From the human T2T-CHM13v2.0 reference genome, Homo sapiens: DNA of 64,000 nt. Positions 60,412-64,000 of the stretch are shown in pieces (positions within the stretch are counted from its first letter, which is position 1; every line of letters starts with the position of its first letter). Location: assembly GCF_009914755.1 (NCBI RefSeq), contig NC_060942.1; one strand, written 5' to 3'. Both the position numbers and the translations under genes were made by a program. The notes beneath the pieces are model-generated. The model ran no database searches, was not told where the DNA came from, and saw only the letters and a program-made list of their open reading frames with translations.

Positions 60412-62845
60412 AACAATGTCTTTTTGTCCTTTTTGATCTATGTTGGCTTAAAGTCTGTTTTGTCTGAAACTCAGATTGCAACCCTTGCTTTTTTCTGTTT
60501 TCCATTTGCTTGGTCGATTTTTCTCCATCCCTTTATTTTGAGCCTATGTGTGTCATTGCATGTGAAATCTGTCTCTTGAAGGCAGCATGCCAATGGGTCT
60601 TGCTTTTTTATCCAGCTTGCCACTCTGTGCCTTTTAAGTAGGGCATTTAGCCCATTTATATTGAAGGTTAGTATTAATATGTGTGAATTTAATCCTGTCG
60701 TCATGATGTTAGCTGGTTATTTTGCAGACTTGTTTATGTGGTTGCTTTATAATGCCACTGGCCTGTGTATGTCAGTGTGTTTTTGTAGTGGCTGGTAACA
60801 ATCTTTTCATATTGAGTGCTCTTATCAGGAGCTCTTGCAAGGCAGGTCTGGTGGTGACAAATTCTCACAGCATTTGCTTATCTGAAAAGGATCTTATTTC
60901 TCCTTTATTTATGAAGCTTAGTTTGGCTGGTTATGAAATTCTGGGTTGGAAATTCTTTTCTTTAAAAATGTTGAATATTGGCCTTCACATCTCTTTGGCT
61001 TGTAGGGGTTCTGGCTGAAAGGCCTGTCATTAGTCTGATGGATTTCCCTTTGTAGGTGAGCTGACCTTTCTCTCTAGCTGCCTTTAACATTTTTCCTTTC
61101 ATTTCAACCTTGGAGAGTATCTGATAATTATGTGTCTTTGGGGTGGTCTTCCTGTGGGGTATCTTACTGGCATTCTGTACATTTCCTACATTTGAATGTT
61201 GGCTTCTCTAGCTAGGTTGGGGAAGTTCTCATGGATAATATCCTGAAATATGTATTCCAAGTTGCTTCCATTCTCTTCATCTCTTTCAGGGACACGAATG
61301 AGGCATAGATTTGGTCTCTTTATGTAATCCCATATTTCTCAGAGGTTTTGTTCATTCCTTTTTATTCTTGTTTTTTTTTCTGTTCTTGTCTGACTGTTTT
61401 ATTTCAGAAAGCCAGTCTTCAAGCTATGAGATACTTTCCTCCACTTGGTCTGTTCTGCTATTAATACTTGGGATTGCGTTATGAAATTCTTTTAATGTGC
61501 CTTTCAGCTCTATCAGGTCAGTTACATTCTTTTCTATACTGACTATTTTGTCTGTCAGCTCGTGCGTTGTTTTATTGTGATCCCTAGAGTCCTTGGATTA
61601 GGTTTCAACATACTCCCGTAGCTCAGTGATTTTCATTTCTATCCATAGTCTGAGTTCTGCTTCTGTCATTTCAGCTGTTTCAGCCTAGTTCAGAACCCTT
61701 GTTGGAGAGGTAATGAGGTCATTTGGAGGAAAGAAGGCACTCTGACTTTTTGAGTTGCCGTGGTTCTTTCACTGGTGTTTTCTCATCTTTGTGGGCTTAC
61801 TTTCCTTCAATCTTTGAGGTTGCTGACCTTTGAATTTTCTTCTTTTATCCTAGTTGATGACCTTAAGGGTTTGAGTGTGGTATAAGGTGGTTTCAGCCCA
61901 CTGGCTTCATTTCTGGAAGATTTTATGGGCCCATTGTTCAGCTCCCAACTCCTGAACTACCTGTGCTAACTCTGGGGAATTTGTATTGGGCCCAGACTTT
62001 GTTCTCTGGCTCCTTGAGGTTAAGAATTCACTGCTCTGGGGGGTGTAAGGTGCTTGCAGAACGTTGGTCACTACACTCCAATGGGTGGTGCCAGCCAAAG
62101 AGTTTTATAGTGCAGTGACAGCAGGATTCTCATTTGCATGTGCCAGCAGCAGCAGTAGCAGCAGCATAGTGGGGTGCACACTCATCAACTGCAGCAGGGT
62201 GCTGTTGGGTGCCAGTGTGCCTGCCCCGCTGTGGGCATTCACCACAGTGGCAGAGGCAACACAGCTCAGGGAAGGGTAGGGGGCTGCTGCTGGCGACTGT
62301 GTATGTGGTTGCATTGGTGATGGTGTTGCCTTGGGAGCACTGGCGGGCTCAGGTCTGTGCCTTCTCTGTATTGCATGAGCAGTAGTGGTCACTCAGGGCA
62401 GGAGAGGATCTGCTGTTCTCTGTACCTAGTTTCACTCCCACGGCAGTGTTGTCACAAGGGCAGGGTAGGGCACTGGTGGTGGGAGTGGAGCTCGCTGGCT
62501 GTGTGCCCACCAAGGCTTTTTCTAAATGGTGGTCAGCAGCGGGAGGGCGGCTGACTGCACTCTTGCTGCAGCAGTGACAGGGTGGGGTGTATGCACACAT
62601 GCATGTGGGTCGGACAAGTAAAGCAAAACCCGTCCCCACAGACATGCTCCAGCCAAGCGATGTGGGGAGTTGCTGTGGGCCCAAGGGAAGCTATAGTTTG
62701 AGGAGGGAGTATGCGGGCTGGTGCTTTGCCATGGGGGCCTCCCTGTGCTGGAGCCCTCTTCTAGTCAGGCAGGGTCCACCAGCACAGAAGCTATGACCCA
62801 AGGCTGCCCTGCAAGCAGGCATGACCAGGCTGGGGCCCCAGGACT
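60412..62845 (-). mobile_element. Older L1P 5' portion (5'UTR, ORF1, start of ORF2), antisense
   Basis: ORF 60471-60704 MTTGLNSHILILTFNINGLN...; ORF1-like and GC-rich 5'UTR-like sequence follow. Confidence 0.8.
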
Positions 62846-63058
62846 TTCAGATTGTAAAGTCAAATGGTGAGAATAATTTATTTTCCTGAAATGATGACTT
62901 AAAATTAGTGGAATGGGCAGCAAGTGAAGTTCATTAGCATCTAAATAGAATTTGTTTTTGCCTTGCATGGAGGAAACTTAGGCACACATAGTGAGGGAGT
63001 TTCAAATTGTATTCTCCCCCAATAGTTCACTTTTCAATCTCAGGATGCTCTTTAATTA

Positions 63059-63391
<333 letters not shown>

Positions 63392-64000
63392 TTAAACCTA
63401 AATGGCAGGACAAGGTGTCCTCCAGAGCATGCACCCAAATTGAGTAAACCGCCAAGAGATCTCTCAATGGACTAAACTTTCTGTAACATGTTTGAGAGTG
63501 CATTCTAATCATAATTGTAAAAAAGTAGTTAAAATCTATGTTTGAAAATTAAAATTAAACATAGAACCCTGAAAATCTCTATGCAACTTTATCCCACAGA
63601 AATTTTGAAAAACAAAACAGAGCACACTCCGTTGTTATTATAGCTTTAAAATATAGCAGAAATAGTGGCTACATTTTTGAAAGTTCAGTAAAGTTCAACT
63701 TTCCGAGCCAGAGCTTGCAAAGAGCATAGTTGAGAAGTAGCCCCCAGAAGGGTGTGGCTAACACAGCCTCTGACTTCAGAGTCAGGAGAGCAAAAGGCCT
63801 TGCCTACTGCAACTTATTCATGTGAATCAATAACTCTTGTGTTTACCAACATTTTAAACAAACTTGACCATCTAGAGAAGAGTGGGCAGAAATAGTGCTG
63901 TGAGGATTGATCTTCCTGTGGTTGTAAAAGCACAATGATCTTGTATAATTTAGTCTATCCTGCCTTTGTAAACTTTGAAAGCATGACGTCTTTATATCAG

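Overview
Human (primate) genomic DNA, AT-rich and about 75% interspersed repeats by eye. Bases ~2.2-15.1 kb carry the last six coding exons (+ strand, GT-AG, phases consistent) of an ANKRD26-family coiled-coil gene, most likely ANKRD62. Three further ANKRD26-like relic exons at 17.1-18.4 kb could splice into an open, longer C-terminus. From 21.5 to 62.8 kb there is a dense LINE-1 cluster. Its centre is an 8.7-kb quasi-palindrome (arms 28602-32252 and 33652-37308, nearly identical, 1.4-kb spacer) built from the YY1-motif-rich monomeric 5'UTR of an old L1PA15/16-like element. The sequence itself suggests that the spacer has flipped since the duplication and that the arms are homogenised by GC-biased gene conversion. 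An L1 antisense promoter/ORF0 points straight into the palindrome. Two younger near-full-length L1PA elements 32.7 kb apart both have tandem 3' ends and share several non-consensus substitutions. Gene and repeat subfamily names come from my recognition of the sequence, not from a database search.
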